36,559 nt of DNA from the NCBI GenBank assembly GCA_041288095.1, contig JBGGMJ010000083.1, positions 1 to 36,559 on the forward strand, in the 5' to 3' direction. This stretch comes from Myxococcota bacterium (GTDB lineage Bacteria > Myxococcota > XYA12-FULL-58-9 > JALHOP01). A program made the position numbers and the translations under genes. This document shows, in pieces, positions 1-10,189 of the stretch (its first letter is position 1; each line of letters begins with the position of its first letter). Below the pieces are notes generated by a model. The model searched no databases and was not told where the DNA came from. It worked only from the letters and a program-made list of their open reading frames with translations.

Positions 1-641
1 CCCCCGAGACCTTGCTCAAGGTCGCCGACGGTTGGGTCGAGACGCATGCACTGGCGGGTACCGCGCCACGCGGAGCGTCGCCGCGCGAAGACGACGAGCT
101 CGCCGCGGCGCTGGTCGCGAGCGCCAAGAATCGCGAAGAGCACGATGTCGTGGCTCACGCTCTGCGGGCCCGCCTCGCGGCGCACTGCACGGTGATCGAG
201 GCCGCGAACGAGCAAGCGCCGCACCTCGTGAAGCTCACCCACGTCCAACACCTCGAGACCGTCATGCGCGGAAAGCTCGCGGGCGAGCGCCACATCTTGT
301 CGCTTGCCGCCGAGCTCCACCCGACTCCCGCCGTCGGCGGCTTTCCCGGTGATCGCGCCGCGCACTACCTCGCCGAGAGCGAGCCCCTTGCGCGCGGCTG
401 GTATAGCGGACCGATCGGGGTCGTCGACGCGGTGGGTGAAGGCACGCTCGTCGTCGCCATCCGCTCCATGATGTTGCGTACCGATCGCGCATGGGCTTTC
501 GCGGGCGGCGGCATCGTCGCGACCTCGAACCCGCGCGACGAATGGCGCGAGACCGAGCTCAAGCTCGCCGGCATCACCGATGCCGTGAGCCTCGAGCTCG
601 AAACCGGCGAGCACGACAGCCGCCAGGCGAGCAACGCATGA
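1..641 (+). CDS. menF: Isochorismate synthase (5' part lies outside the window)
   Basis: Chorismate-binding motifs PETL, ALAGTAPRG, KNREEH, HVQHL, LHPTPAVGG, RGWYSGPIG, VAIRS, FAGGGIV, EWRETELK. The stop overlaps the menD start (ATGA, 638-641). Confidence 0.9.
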   Translation, partial: PETLLKVADGWVETHALAGTAPRGASPREDDELAAALVASAKNREEHDVVAHALRARLAAHCTVIEAANEQAPHLVKLTHVQHLETVMRGKLAGERHILSLAAELHPTPAVGGFPGDRAAHYLAESEPLARGWYSGPIGVVDAVGEGTLVVAIRSMMLRTDRAWAFAGGGIVATSNPRDEWRETELKLAGITDAVSLELETGEHDSRQASNA

Positions 642-2386
642 GCTCGCGGCTCGACGGACCGCGCGAGGGCGACGGCATGGCTCTCGTGCACGCGCAGCGC
701 AACGCGACCTGGTCGTCGCATCTCGCCTCGGCGCTCGTCGCCAACGGCCTGCGCCACGCGGTGATCTCACCGGGCTCGCGCAACACGCCGCTGGTGCTGG
801 CGCTCGACGCCGTCTTGGGTGATCGCGCCCTCGTGGTCCTCGACGAACGTAGCGCCGGCTTCGTGGCACTGGGCCTTGCCCGCGCCAGCGGACAGCCGGT
901 CGCGCTGCTGTGCACTTCCGGGTCCGCCGCGGCGCATTACTTCCCGGCGATCATCGAGGCGCACTACAGCCGCGTGCCGCTCGTCGTCATCACCGCCGAC
1001 CGCCCGCCCGAGCTGCACCACAACGGCGCCGGCCAGAGCATCGAGCAAGAGAACCTCTACGGCAGCTACGTGCGCTGGTCAGCGAGCCTCGGCGCGCCCG
1101 GCGACAGCGCCGCGCCGCGGACCTGGGGCCACATGGCTGCTCGGGCGATCGGTGTAGCAACCGGCGTCAATCCGGGCCCGGTCCACTTGAACGCGGCTTT
1201 CCGAGAGCCACTGTGGGCACCCGGCGTCGGCTATGGTCCGCCGTCGCAGGACGCGATGCTCGTGCAACGCGGCGGCAACACAGCCATCTCGCTCGAGCCA
1301 GTGCGCGAGCGTGTCGCGAAAGCCAAGCGCGGCATCATCGTCTGCGGCCCGCGTGCCTCCGGCGCCGCTCTCTCCGCCGACGTGGGCTTCGCGGCCGCCG
1401 TCTCGAAGCTCGGCGAGCGCCTCGGCTGGCCGGTGTTGACGGACGCCATTTCGGGAGCGCGGCGCGATGGAACCATCGCGACCTACGACGCCCTGCTGCG
1501 ATCGTCCACCTTCGCGGACGCCATGCGTCCGGACCTGGTGCTGCGCTTCGGCCAGCTGCCGGCCTCGAAACCACTCGCGGCCTGGCTCAACAACGCGAGC
1601 ACCAGCACCATTCTGGTCGAGCCGAGCGGCGCTCTCCACGATCCAGCGAGCGTCGCCGACATGCTCATCGCCTGCGATCCGACCGCTCTATGCACCGAGC
1701 TCGCGAAGACGGCCGAGCGCGGCGTCGATGGTTGGCTCGCACAATGGCAAGGCGCCGAGCGCGAAGCCCGTCGCGTCCTCGCCGACGCGGTAAGCGACGG
1801 CTTCTGGGAAGGCGCCATCGCCGCCTGTGTCGGCCGAGCCCTTCCCGCGAACGCGCTGTTGCACGTCGCGAGCAGCATGCCGGTGCGTGACCTCGAGAGC
1901 TATGCCGCCAGAGTACCCGTCGTCACCGCCAATCGCGGCGCCAACGGCATCGACGGCACCATCGCGACCGCGTGCGGAGCGGCGCTGGCTTGGGATGGGC
2001 CGACGGTCGCGCTCTTGGGAGACCTGGCGTTTCTCCATGATGTGGGCTCGCTCGCGACGGCGCGCGCCTTGAACGCCAATCTCACCTTGATCGTCGTCGA
2101 CAACCACGGCGGGGGCATCTTCGACTTCTTGCCGATTGCCGCGCACGAGCCGCGCATCTTCGCCCGTTACTTCAGCACCCCGCAGGAGATCGACATCGCG
2201 GCCACCGCCGCGGCATTCGGTTTCACCACGACGAAGGTCGGGTCGCTCCCCGAGCTCGAGCAAGCACTGGCCGGCGCCGGCCATGGCCGCCGCCTGATTC
2301 ACGCCGTCGTCGATCGCAGCCGCAACGTCACGCGCCACCGGGCGTCCGCTAACGCGGTCGCGCGCGCGCTCGAAGCCATCAAGTAG
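638..2386 (+). CDS. menD: SEPHCHC synthase (ThDP-dependent)
   Basis: [66 protein letters not shown]. Start placed at ATG 638 (ATGA overlap); ATG 677 is an alternative. Confidence 0.95.
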   Translation: MSSRLDGPREGDGMALVHAQRNATWSSHLASALVANGLRHAVISPGSRNTPLVLALDAVLGDRALVVLDERSAGFVALGLARASGQPVALLCTSGSAAAHYFPAIIEAHYSRVPLVVITADRPPELHHNGAGQSIEQENLYGSYVRWSASLGAPGDSAAPRTWGHMAARAIGVATGVNPGPVHLNAAFREPLWAPGVGYGPPSQDAMLVQRGGNTAISLEPVRERVAKAKRGIIVCGPRASGAALSADVGFAAAVSKLGERLGWPVLTDAISGARRDGTIATYDALLRSSTFADAMRPDLVLRFGQLPASKPLAAWLNNASTSTILVEPSGALHDPASVADMLIACDPTALCTELAKTAERGVDGWLAQWQGAEREARRVLADAVSDGFWEGAIAACVGRALPANALLHVASSMPVRDLESYAARVPVVTANRGANGIDGTIATACGAALAWDGPTVALLGDLAFLHDVGSLATARALNANLTLIVVDNHGGGIFDFLPIAAHEPRIFARYFSTPQEIDIAATAAAFGFTTTKVGSLPELEQALAGAGHGRRLIHAVVDRSRNVTRHRASANAVARALEAIK

Positions 2387-2394
2387 AGGAAGAC

Positions 2395-3222
2395 ATGAAC
2401 GCAGCGCTACCCAACTGGATCAAAGTCAAAGCCTTCGAGGACATCGAGTACCACAAGGCCGAAGGCATCGCGAAGATCACCATCAACCGCCCCGAGTGCC
2501 GCAACGCATTCCGGCCGCAGACCATCTTCGAGCTCTCGTCGGCGTTCTACGACGCGCGTGAGGACCCGGAGATCGGCGTCATCATCCTGACGGGCAAGGG
2601 CGACATGGCCTTTTGTTCGGGCGGCGACCAGCGCGTGCGTGGCGACAAGGGTTATGTCGGCGCCGACGGCGTGCCGCGCTTGAACGTCCTCGATCTGCAG
2701 CGCTTCATCCGCACCTGCCCGAAGCCGGTCGTCGCCATGGTCGCGGGCTTTGCGATCGGCGGTGGTCACGTGCTGCACGTCTGCTGCGATCTGACCATCG
2801 CCGCGGACAACGCCAAGTTCGGCCAGACCGGACCGCGCGTCGGCAGCTTCGACGCGGGCTTCGGCGCGGGCCTCTTGGCTCGCATGGTCGGCCAAAAGAA
2901 GGCGCGCGAAATCTGGTTCCTCTGCCGCCAGTACGGCGCGCAAGAGGCGCTCGACATGGGCCTCGTCAATCACGTGGTGCCGGTGGCCGAGCTCGAGGAG
3001 GAGACAGTGAAGTGGTGCCGCGAGATGCTGGAGCTCTCGCCGATGGCCCTGCGCCTGCTCAAGGCCGGCTTCAACGCCGACGTCGACGGCATGACCGGCG
3101 TCCAGCAACTCGCCGGCGACGCGACGCTGCTCTTCTACATGAGTGAAGAGGGTCAGGAAGGCCGCAACGCTTACGTCGAGAAGCGCAAGCCCGACTTCAA
3201 GAAGTTCAAGCGAGTGCCTTGA
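2395..3222 (+). CDS. menB: 1,4-dihydroxy-2-naphthoyl-CoA synthase
   Basis: [63 protein letters not shown] upstream. Confidence 0.97.
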   Translation: MNAALPNWIKVKAFEDIEYHKAEGIAKITINRPECRNAFRPQTIFELSSAFYDAREDPEIGVIILTGKGDMAFCSGGDQRVRGDKGYVGADGVPRLNVLDLQRFIRTCPKPVVAMVAGFAIGGGHVLHVCCDLTIAADNAKFGQTGPRVGSFDAGFGAGLLARMVGQKKAREIWFLCRQYGAQEALDMGLVNHVVPVAELEEETVKWCREMLELSPMALRLLKAGFNADVDGMTGVQQLAGDATLLFYMSEEGQEGRNAYVEKRKPDFKKFKRVP

Positions 3223-3229
3223 GAGAGCC

Positions 3230-4177
3230 ATGACGAGCACCACGCACATGCCCGCGCAAGCGGACATCGAGCTCGGACCGGCGCAGGACGCGCCGCCTGG
3301 GCTCGCGCGCACCTGGTTCCTGGCGGTGCGCCCCCGCACGTTGCCGGCCGCGGTGACCCCGGTGCTCGTGGGCTCCGCTTTGGCGTACAGCGACGGAGTC
3401 TTCCACGCCGGCTACGCGGCCTTGGCGGCGGTCGGCGCGGTGCTGATCCAGGTGGGCACCAACCTTTTCAACGACTATGCCGACTTCAAGCGGGGTGCCG
3501 ATACCGCGGAGCGCCTCGGCCCAGCGCGGGTCACGCAGCGCGGTTGGGTGACACCACGCGCGGTGCTCATCGCCGCTGTGCTCGCCTTCGCGCTCGCCAT
3601 GCTCGTCGGCGTGGCGCTCGTCGCGCGCGGTGGTTGGCCGATCGTCGCCATCGGGCTCGCGAGCGTCGCCTGCGGCTTCCTCTACACCGGCGGCCCGGCC
3701 CCTCTTGCCTACCTCGGCATCGCCGACCTCTTCGTCTTCGCCTTCTTCGGCTTGGTCGCCGTCGGTGGCACCTACTACGTGCAGGCGCTGCGCCTCGCCG
3801 AGACCGCGCTCTATGCCGGGGCCGCGCTCGGCGCGCTGTGCACCGCCGTCCTCGTGGTCAACAATCTGCGCGACCGCGTCGGCGATGCCCGTGCCGGTAA
3901 GCGCACGCTCGCTGTCCGCTTCGGCGCACGCTTCGCGCGCGGCGAATACGTCTTCTTGCTCGCTGTTGCTTACGCCATCCCGGTCGTCGGTTGGGCGGTT
4001 GGCGCCACGCCGGTCTCCTGGCTCGTGGCCCTCCTCACTTTGCCTCTCGCGGTGGCGCGCCTGCGCGGCGTGCTCGCGAACGACGGCGCGGCGCTGAACC
4101 GCTACCTCGGCGGCACCGCGCAGCTCATGCTCGTCTACGGCGTTGTGCTCGCGGCGGGGGTCACGTTATGGCGCTGA
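3230..4177 (+). CDS. menA: 1,4-dihydroxy-2-naphthoate polyprenyltransferase (UbiA superfamily)
   Basis: RPRTLPAA, NLFNDYADFKRGAD, YTGGP, NNLRDRVGDARAGKRTLAVRFG and multiple TM helices. Start ATG 3230 inferred. Confidence 0.95.
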   Translation: MTSTTHMPAQADIELGPAQDAPPGLARTWFLAVRPRTLPAAVTPVLVGSALAYSDGVFHAGYAALAAVGAVLIQVGTNLFNDYADFKRGADTAERLGPARVTQRGWVTPRAVLIAAVLAFALAMLVGVALVARGGWPIVAIGLASVACGFLYTGGPAPLAYLGIADLFVFAFFGLVAVGGTYYVQALRLAETALYAGAALGALCTAVLVVNNLRDRVGDARAGKRTLAVRFGARFARGEYVFLLAVAYAIPVVGWAVGATPVSWLVALLTLPLAVARLRGVLANDGAALNRYLGGTAQLMLVYGVVLAAGVTLWR

Positions 4178-5154
4178 CCGGCATCCAAGTTCGGCCCTAC
4201 CGGCTGGCCTTCGTGAAACCGCTCGTCACCGCGGCCGGCACCTTCTCGCACCGCGAGGGCTGGGTCGTCCGGGTGCGCGACACCGACGGCCGTATCGGTT
4301 ACGGCGACTGCTCACCGTGGCCGGGCTTCGGCAGCACGCTCTCGCGCGTGCGCTCGCACATGGCCGAGCTGACGGCGCTGGAGCGCTCGGAGCTGCCCGA
4401 AGTGCGCAGCGCCGTGGCGTGCGCGGTCAGCGATCTCGAAGCGCAGCAGGCCGGTGTCGCTCTGGCCAAGTGGTTGTCGCCGTCGGCCCGTGACGACGCC
4501 GCGACCCACGCCTTCGTGAGCGACGTCGCGACTAGCGTCGCCGCGGTGGGCGCCGGCTACACCGCGCTCAAGGTGAAGGTCGCCGCTGACTCGGTTGCCG
4601 TCGACTGCCGGCGCGTGCGCGACATCCGTGAAGCGGTCGGTGGTGGTGTTCGCTTGCGCATCGACGCCAACGGGGGCTGGACCGTGCGGGCCGCATGCGA
4701 CGCGCTGACCGCCATGAAGGACCTCGAGCTCGATCTCGTCGAGCAGCCGGTCACAGGCCTCGATGCGATGGCGCGTGTCCGCGAAGCCACCGGCGTTCGC
4801 ATCGCCGCCGATGAAGGTGTCACCGACGCCGCGAGTCTCGAACAGGTGGTGAAGCTGCGAGCGGCGGACGTCGTGGTCTTGAAGCCTGCCTTTCTTGGTG
4901 GGGTCCGCGCCACCTTCGAGCTCGCCGAAGTCGCGCGGCGGGCAGGGCTTTCGGTCATGGTCACGCACGCGCTCGAATCGGCGATCGGCCGCGCCCACGC
5001 CCTGCACCTAGCGTGTGCTTTGGCGGACGACGCGATCTGCGGACTCGGCCAACCGCTCGCCGAGGATGTCGCGACGCTTGCCGATCCCGTGGCTGGCCGC
5101 ATTGCACACCCGCGCGGTCCGGGCTTGGGGCTCGTCCCTGGAGGTGTCGCATGA
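4168..5154 (+). CDS. menC: o-succinylbenzoate synthase (enolase superfamily)
   Basis: KVKV, LRIDANGGW, VEQP, IAADE, VVLKP motifs and men operon context. ATG 4168 overlaps the end of menA. Confidence 0.9.
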   Translation: MALTGIQVRPYRLAFVKPLVTAAGTFSHREGWVVRVRDTDGRIGYGDCSPWPGFGSTLSRVRSHMAELTALERSELPEVRSAVACAVSDLEAQQAGVALAKWLSPSARDDAATHAFVSDVATSVAAVGAGYTALKVKVAADSVAVDCRRVRDIREAVGGGVRLRIDANGGWTVRAACDALTAMKDLELDLVEQPVTGLDAMARVREATGVRIAADEGVTDAASLEQVVKLRAADVVVLKPAFLGGVRATFELAEVARRAGLSVMVTHALESAIGRAHALHLACALADDAICGLGQPLAEDVATLADPVAGRIAHPRGPGLGLVPGGVA

Positions 5155-7016
5155 TGGACGACTGGATCATCCCGGATAGCGGTGCCATTCCGCACCCGTT
5201 GCGTAGCGCCGCCATCGCACGACCGTCGCACTGCGCGCTGGTCGCCGACGACGGTGAGTGGAGCTACGCCGCCCTTTGCGACCGCGTCGCCATCGAAGCG
5301 GCTCGGCTCACGGCTCTCGGCATCGAGCCGGGTATGCGCGTCGTCCTCTCGGGTGTCGCGAGCTCCGCATGGGTGGTCGCCTTCCACGCCCTCGGTTGGC
5401 TTGGCGCCACGGTCGCGCCGCTCTCCTATGACGCCTCCGACGCCGAGTTGCTGCGTGACCTGGCAACGCTCGCCCCTGACGCGGTCGTATTGACCCAAGG
5501 CGCCCCCGAGGCACTCGCGAGCCACGCCAAGGTCGTTCGCGTCGATCTCGGAGCGGTCGCCGCCGACGCTCAGCGCGCCCCCGAGCGCTTCTGGCCGTGG
5601 AACGAGACCCGTCTCGTGCTGCTCACCTCCGGCACGACGGGCACACCCCGCCCAGTCGCGCTCAGCACCCAGCAAATCGCTCTGCAAGCCTTCGGCTCGG
5701 CCATTCGCCTCGAGCACCGCGCCGGTGACCGCTGGCTCGCGTGTCTGCCACTGCATCACGTCGGCGGCTTGTCGGTGATCACCCGCTGCGCTTTCTACGG
5801 CACCACGGTCGTCCTGCACGCCCGCTTCGTCGCGGCCCGCGTGGCGCGCGCTCTCGACCTCGGCCAAGCCACGATGGTCTCGCTGGTCCCGACGATGCTC
5901 GAGCGCGTGCTCGAAGTGCGTGACGCAAAACCATTCCCGGCGAGCCTCCGTGTCGCGCTCATTGGCGGCGCCAAAACGCCGAGTGACTTGCTCGCGCGCT
6001 GCCGCTCCCTCGAAGTTCCGGTGGCGCTCACCTGGGGCATGAGCGAAGCCGCGTCGCAGGTCGCGACACGCGCCGTCGGCGACACCAGTGAAGACGGCGG
6101 CGCCGGCGCACCGCTCGCGTTCGCGCGCGTGCGCACCAACGACGGTTTGCTCGAGATTGCCGGCCCGACCGTCGGCGGTGTGCTCATCACCCGCGATCGC
6201 GGACACGTCGACGAGCAGGGCCGCGTGCAAATCGAGGGTCGCGACGACGGCGTCATCGTTTCCGGCGGCGAGAAGCTCGACCCACTGGAAATCGAGCGCG
6301 TCCTCGCCGACCACCCGCAGGTACGCGACGCATGCGTAGTCGGCGTGCCGAGCCCCCGCTGGGGTGAGCGGCCCGTGGCGCTCCTGGTGGCGCGCGGCAC
6401 CCCGCGACCCGCGGACGCTGACCTCGACGCCTGGTGTGGCAAGGCTCTGTCACGCTTCAAGACGCCCGACCGCTACGTTTGGGTCGAAAGCCTCACGACC
6501 AGCGTCATGGACAAGCGCTCGCGAGCAGCCCTGTGCGACCTACTGCGCGTCCGCGCTCCCGATCTTTTCGTGGCCGTCGATGCCGGCGCCCCGCAAGGCG
6601 TCCGCGAAAGCGGACGGGAACATCACCGGGCGAAAGGTCCCGAGGTCGACGAACGCATGCACGGTGCGGGCCGTGGCGCGCAGCACTTCGTCCTCTCCAA
6701 GCAGTCGGTAGGCGATGGTGATGGTCTTAGTGCTCGCCGCCTCGATAGCGACCTGGACGCGCACGCGCTCGCCCAGGCGCATGGGCTTCACGAAGTCGGC
6801 GTCGGCATGAACCAGCGGCGCGCCCCAATCTTTGGCCTCGAAGAGAGCCTGGATGCCGCCCGCCGTCACGGCAAGAAGCTCTTCGAAAGCCTCGTGGCAA
6901 TACTCGAATACCCGCGCAAAGAAGACGATGCCCGCGCGGTCGACGTCGCCAAAGCGGACGGTGAAAACATGCTCGAAAGCCAAGGCAAGAACCCCCGGAA
7001 CGAGGAGGACGTATGA
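5151..7016 (+). CDS. menE: o-succinylbenzoate-CoA ligase with a ~150 aa C-terminal read-through tail
   Basis: TSGTTG, LPLHHVGGLS, SLVPTML, TWGMSE, TRDRG, GRDDGVIVSGGEK, PSPRWGE. The ligase-like sequence ends near 6545, but the frame stays open to TGA 7014-7016. GGAGG RBS before ATG 5151. Confidence 0.9.
   Translation: MMDDWIIPDSGAIPHPLRSAAIARPSHCALVADDGEWSYAALCDRVAIEAARLTALGIEPGMRVVLSGVASSAWVVAFHALGWLGATVAPLSYDASDAELLRDLATLAPDAVVLTQGAPEALASHAKVVRVDLGAVAADAQRAPERFWPWNETRLVLLTSGTTGTPRPVALSTQQIALQAFGSAIRLEHRAGDRWLACLPLHHVGGLSVITRCAFYGTTVVLHARFVAARVARALDLGQATMVSLVPTMLERVLEVRDAKPFPASLRVALIGGAKTPSDLLARCRSLEVPVALTWGMSEAASQVATRAVGDTSEDGGAGAPLAFARVRTNDGLLEIAGPTVGGVLITRDRGHVDEQGRVQIEGRDDGVIVSGGEKLDPLEIERVLADHPQVRDACVVGVPSPRWGERPVALLVARGTPRPADADLDAWCGKALSRFKTPDRYVWVESLTTSVMDKRSRAALCDLLRVRAPDLFVAVDAGAPQGVRESGREHHRAKGPEVDERMHGAGRGAQHFVLSKQSVGDGDGLSARRLDSDLDAHALAQAHGLHEVGVGMNQRRAPIFGLEESLDAARRHGKKLFESLVAILEYPRKEDDARAVDVAKADGENMLESQGKNPRNEEDV
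6540..6983 (-). CDS. Hot-dog (4HBT-family) acyl-CoA thioesterase, probable DHNA-CoA thioesterase
   Basis: VRFGDVDRAGIVFFARVFEYCHEAFEE and PLVHADADFVKPMRLGE match the 4HBT/YbgC fold and resemble cyanobacterial-type DHNA-CoA thioesterases. Start TTG 6983 inferred (ORF track starts at 7025). Confidence 0.85.
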   Translation of the reverse strand: MAFEHVFTVRFGDVDRAGIVFFARVFEYCHEAFEELLAVTAGGIQALFEAKDWGAPLVHADADFVKPMRLGERVRVQVAIEAASTKTITIAYRLLGEDEVLRATARTVHAFVDLGTFRPVMFPSAFADALRGAGIDGHEKIGSADAQ

Positions 7017-8173
7017 GTGACGCAAGCAACGTGCCTGCGCTCGTGTCGGTCAGTCGCGAGGATAGCGTGTCGCGACGGTCGCGCGAAGCACGACGTGAGC
7101 CGGTCCTCGATCCGCTGGCCAATGTGGCGCGCGCCAATGGTGTGGATGCGTTGGCGGAGCGCTTGGAGGAGCTGAAGGCGCTTCTCGCGGATGACCTGAT
7201 GCAGATCGAGCTGGCGATTCAGGGCATCGACGCCGAGGTCCGAGAGCCGATGGCTGATCGGCGAGTGCCTACCGCCGATGGTCTGCTTGCCCGCCGGGCC
7301 GCGCGGCAGCTCCTCGATCGACCGGGCAAGCGCATCCGGCCGCTGTGTGTCCTGCTCGCCGCGCGCATGGGTGGGCGCAGCCTCGACGGCGTCGTGCGCA
7401 ATCTCGCCGTCGCCTGTGAGATCGTTCACGCCGCGACTCTGCTCCACGACGACGTCTTGGATCAGGGCGACGAGCGCCGCGGCGCCGCGACCGCGCGCCT
7501 CATTTACGGCAACAGCGCCAGCATCCTCGGCGGCGACCACCTGCTGGTCGAGGCTTTGAAGCTCGTCGATGGTGCCAACGAGCCGACCCTCTTGCGCTCC
7601 CTGTTGCAGGTCATCTCCGAGATGGTGCACGCCGAGGCCATTCAACTCGAGCAGCGCGGCCGCTTCCGGCCGGAGCGCGAGGTCTATCTCAAGGTGATCC
7701 ACGGCAAGACCGCCGCGCTCTTCCGCTGGGGCCTCACGGCGGGCGGCGTGGTCGCCAAGCTCTCCGCTGACAGTCTCGGACACCTCGCGCGTGTCGGTGA
7801 TGCGCTGGGCATGGCCTTCCAGCTCATCGACGACGTCATCGACCTCGAGGGCACGATTGCCGAGACCGGCAAGACGCCGCTCGCCGATTTGCGCGAAGGC
7901 AAGCTGACCTGGCCGGTCATCGTCGCCGCCGAGCGTGACCCTGCGCTGGCGCGCGATCTCGAGCAGCACGTGCGCGGCAACGCGAAAGACGAGCTCACCT
8001 TCGCCAAGAGCTTGGTCGAGCGCATTCGCGCCACCGGCGCCTTGCAGATCACGCGCGCCTACGCCGAGCAGCAAGGCGAGTGCGCCGCCGAAGAGCTCGC
8101 TCATTTACCCGCGGGTCCCGCCCGCGACGCCATCGCCATGGTCGTGCGCGATGCCATCAGGAGATCGAAGTGA
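7013..8173 (+). CDS. Trans-polyprenyl diphosphate synthase (HepT/IspB type; quinone side chain)
   Basis: GKRIRP, LLHDDVLD-RRG (FARM), GKTA, FQLIDDVID (SARM), DLREGKLT. Strong GAGGAGG RBS. Confidence 0.93.
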   Translation: MSDASNVPALVSVSREDSVSRRSREARREPVLDPLANVARANGVDALAERLEELKALLADDLMQIELAIQGIDAEVREPMADRRVPTADGLLARRAARQLLDRPGKRIRPLCVLLAARMGGRSLDGVVRNLAVACEIVHAATLLHDDVLDQGDERRGAATARLIYGNSASILGGDHLLVEALKLVDGANEPTLLRSLLQVISEMVHAEAIQLEQRGRFRPEREVYLKVIHGKTAALFRWGLTAGGVVAKLSADSLGHLARVGDALGMAFQLIDDVIDLEGTIAETGKTPLADLREGKLTWPVIVAAERDPALARDLEQHVRGNAKDELTFAKSLVERIRATGALQITRAYAEQQGECAAEELAHLPAGPARDAIAMVVRDAIRRSK

Positions 8174-8871
8174 CCGAAGTCGCAGGAGCAGCAGCCGGCA
8201 GTGGCGCCATGTTCGACCGCATCGCCGGTCGTTACGACCGCTTGAACCGCATCATCAGCCTCGGCATGGACCGCGGCTGGCGCGAGCGTTTGGTGCTCGC
8301 CATGAAGCTCCCGGCCGGCGCCCGCGTGCTCGACCTCGCGACCGGCACCGCGGATGTCGCAATCGCTGTAGCGGACATGCATCGGGACGCGCGCGTGGTC
8401 GGGCTCGACCCGAGCGCAAACATGCTGGACGTCGGCCGTGTGAAGACCGCGGCGTACGGCGAGCGCATCGAGCTCGTCCTCGGCGACGCTCAAGCATTGC
8501 CTTTCCCCGACGCTACCTTCGACGCCGCCTGCATCAGCTTCGGCATTCGTAATGTGCCCGATCGCGCAAAGGGGCTTTCGGAGATGCGTCGCGTCGTGAA
8601 GCCCGGCGGCCGCGTCGTCGTCCTCGAGCTCGGCGAGCCCAAGGGTGGTCCGCTGGCGTTCTTCGCCCGCTTGCACGTGCATCACATCGTGCCCCGCCTC
8701 GGCGCTTACCTGTCACGTGCTCCGGAGTACCGCTATTTGCAGCGCTCGATCGCGGCGTTCCCGCAGCCGGAAGACTTCGCGGTGATGATGGCGGACGCGG
8801 GTCTATCCGAGGTCGGCATCGAACGGCTCGCGTTCGGCGCCGCGCACATCTATTGCGGCCGCGTCGCCTAG
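8170..8871 (+). CDS. menG: Demethylmenaquinone methyltransferase (UbiE/MenG)
   Basis: MFDRIAGRYDRLN, VLDLATGTAD, GDAQALPF, SFGIRNV, YRYLQRSI. GTGA overlap with the upstream gene. Confidence 0.93.
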   Translation: MTEVAGAAAGSGAMFDRIAGRYDRLNRIISLGMDRGWRERLVLAMKLPAGARVLDLATGTADVAIAVADMHRDARVVGLDPSANMLDVGRVKTAAYGERIELVLGDAQALPFPDATFDAACISFGIRNVPDRAKGLSEMRRVVKPGGRVVVLELGEPKGGPLAFFARLHVHHIVPRLGAYLSRAPEYRYLQRSIAAFPQPEDFAVMMADAGLSEVGIERLAFGAAHIYCGRVA

Positions 8872-8886
8872 CGTAAGCTCCGGGTC

Positions 8887-9522
8887 ATGAGCATCGAGGA
8901 CCTGCGTCTCGAATACGCGCGCGGCACGCTCGACGAGAACGACGTCGACCTCGACCCGTTCGCGCAGTTCAACAAGTGGCTCGACGAGGCCATTAAGGCG
9001 CAGCTCCGCGAGCCCACCGCCATGACGCTCGCCACTGTCGACGCGGACGGCAGTCCCTCGGCGCGCATCGCGTTGCTCAAGGGCGTCGACCGCGACGGCT
9101 TCGTCTTCTTCACCAACTACGACTCCCGCAAGGGCCGCGCCATCGCCGTCAACCCGCGCGTCGCAATGTGCTTCTGGTGGAACGAGCTCGAGCGCCAGGT
9201 GCGCATCGAAGGCTTGGCCACCAAGGTCAGCGACGAGGAATCGGCGCGCTATTTCGCGACGCGCCCGCGAGCGAGCCAGCTGGGCGCCTGGGCATCACCG
9301 CAGTCGAGTCCGGTTCGCGACCGCGCCGAGCTCGAGAAGCGCCTCGAGGACGTCAAGGCACGCTACGGCGACGGCCCCATCGAGCGCCCGCCGCACTGGG
9401 GCGGCTACCGCGTCGCGCCCACCCGCTTCGAGTTCTGGCATGGACGACCGTCGCGCCTGCACGACCGCATCGCTTACGTGCCCCATGGTCCGGTATGGCG
9501 GACGGAACGCCTGGGGCCCTGA
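8887..9522 (+). CDS. pdxH: Pyridoxine/pyridoxamine 5'-phosphate oxidase
   Basis: [61 protein letters not shown]. Confidence 0.97.
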   Translation: MSIEDLRLEYARGTLDENDVDLDPFAQFNKWLDEAIKAQLREPTAMTLATVDADGSPSARIALLKGVDRDGFVFFTNYDSRKGRAIAVNPRVAMCFWWNELERQVRIEGLATKVSDEESARYFATRPRASQLGAWASPQSSPVRDRAELEKRLEDVKARYGDGPIERPPHWGGYRVAPTRFEFWHGRPSRLHDRIAYVPHGPVWRTERLGP

Positions 9523-9541
9523 AGCGACGAAGCCGTCGAGC

Positions 9542-10111
9542 CTATGGGCGCGTGAGCTCGGCCCAGCGGCCTTCGAGATGTTTCACGAAGACCGGCGGCG
9601 CGTCCTTGTTGGTCGTGTCCAGAGCGTGGGTGCCGCCCACCTTCTCGCCGGCGCCGGTGTCGACGACGGTCTCGCCGCGCATCGCGTATTTCGTCGCACC
9701 TTCGTACATGAGGACCTTCAGGGTGCGTGGGCTCACATCGCTCGTACAGGTGAGCTCGTAAGCGAACGTGACCTCCGCGACGCCGTCGTCGTCGAGGTCG
9801 GTGACGGCGAGGCTCTTCGCGCGGTATTCGAGCACCTTGTCGAATTCGCAATCACGGACGAAGTCGCTCGCCTGCCATTGTTTGGTCCAGCCGCTGCCCT
9901 TCGTGTAACCGAAGCCGCGCAGCTCGAGGTCGCCCTTCTTGGTAGCCGCTTGCTCGACGTAGGCGACGTGGCTTCCGTCCTTGTCATCGAAGGTCGCGAG
10001 CGCGACGAGCGCCCCAGTCGCCTTGAGGCCCGCGGGCAGCTTCTTGGGGCTCTCCTCGACCTTCACGTTCAGTGGCGCGGCGACGAGCACGGCGAGCACG
10101 AGGGTCTGCAT
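9542..10111 (-). CDS. Secreted conserved hypothetical protein
   Basis: Signal-peptide-like N-terminus, GC3-rich codons, TDLDDDGVAEV loop and two Cys (DCEFD, CTSDVSP). Recalls the M949_RS01915-like family (from memory, not verified). Confidence 0.7.
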   Translation of the reverse strand: MQTLVLAVLVAAPLNVKVEESPKKLPAGLKATGALVALATFDDKDGSHVAYVEQAATKKGDLELRGFGYTKGSGWTKQWQASDFVRDCEFDKVLEYRAKSLAVTDLDDDGVAEVTFAYELTCTSDVSPRTLKVLMYEGATKYAMRGETVVDTGAGEKVGGTHALDTTNKDAPPVFVKHLEGRWAELTRP

Positions 10112-10189
10112 GGGCGCGAACGTTACGCGGGGACGTGGTCGCCTTCAACATTGTAGGCGCCACGGACTGAGGCGTAAGGTTCGGAACGC

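Noticed and set aside
4557..6314. 585-aa - strand ORF, and similar long antisense ORFs at 6866-8104, 18236-19951, 29096-30139 and 32236-33357
   Set aside because: These are shadow ORFs opposite well-supported genes, expected in high-GC DNA. Unlike the 6540-6983 thioesterase they show no family motifs.
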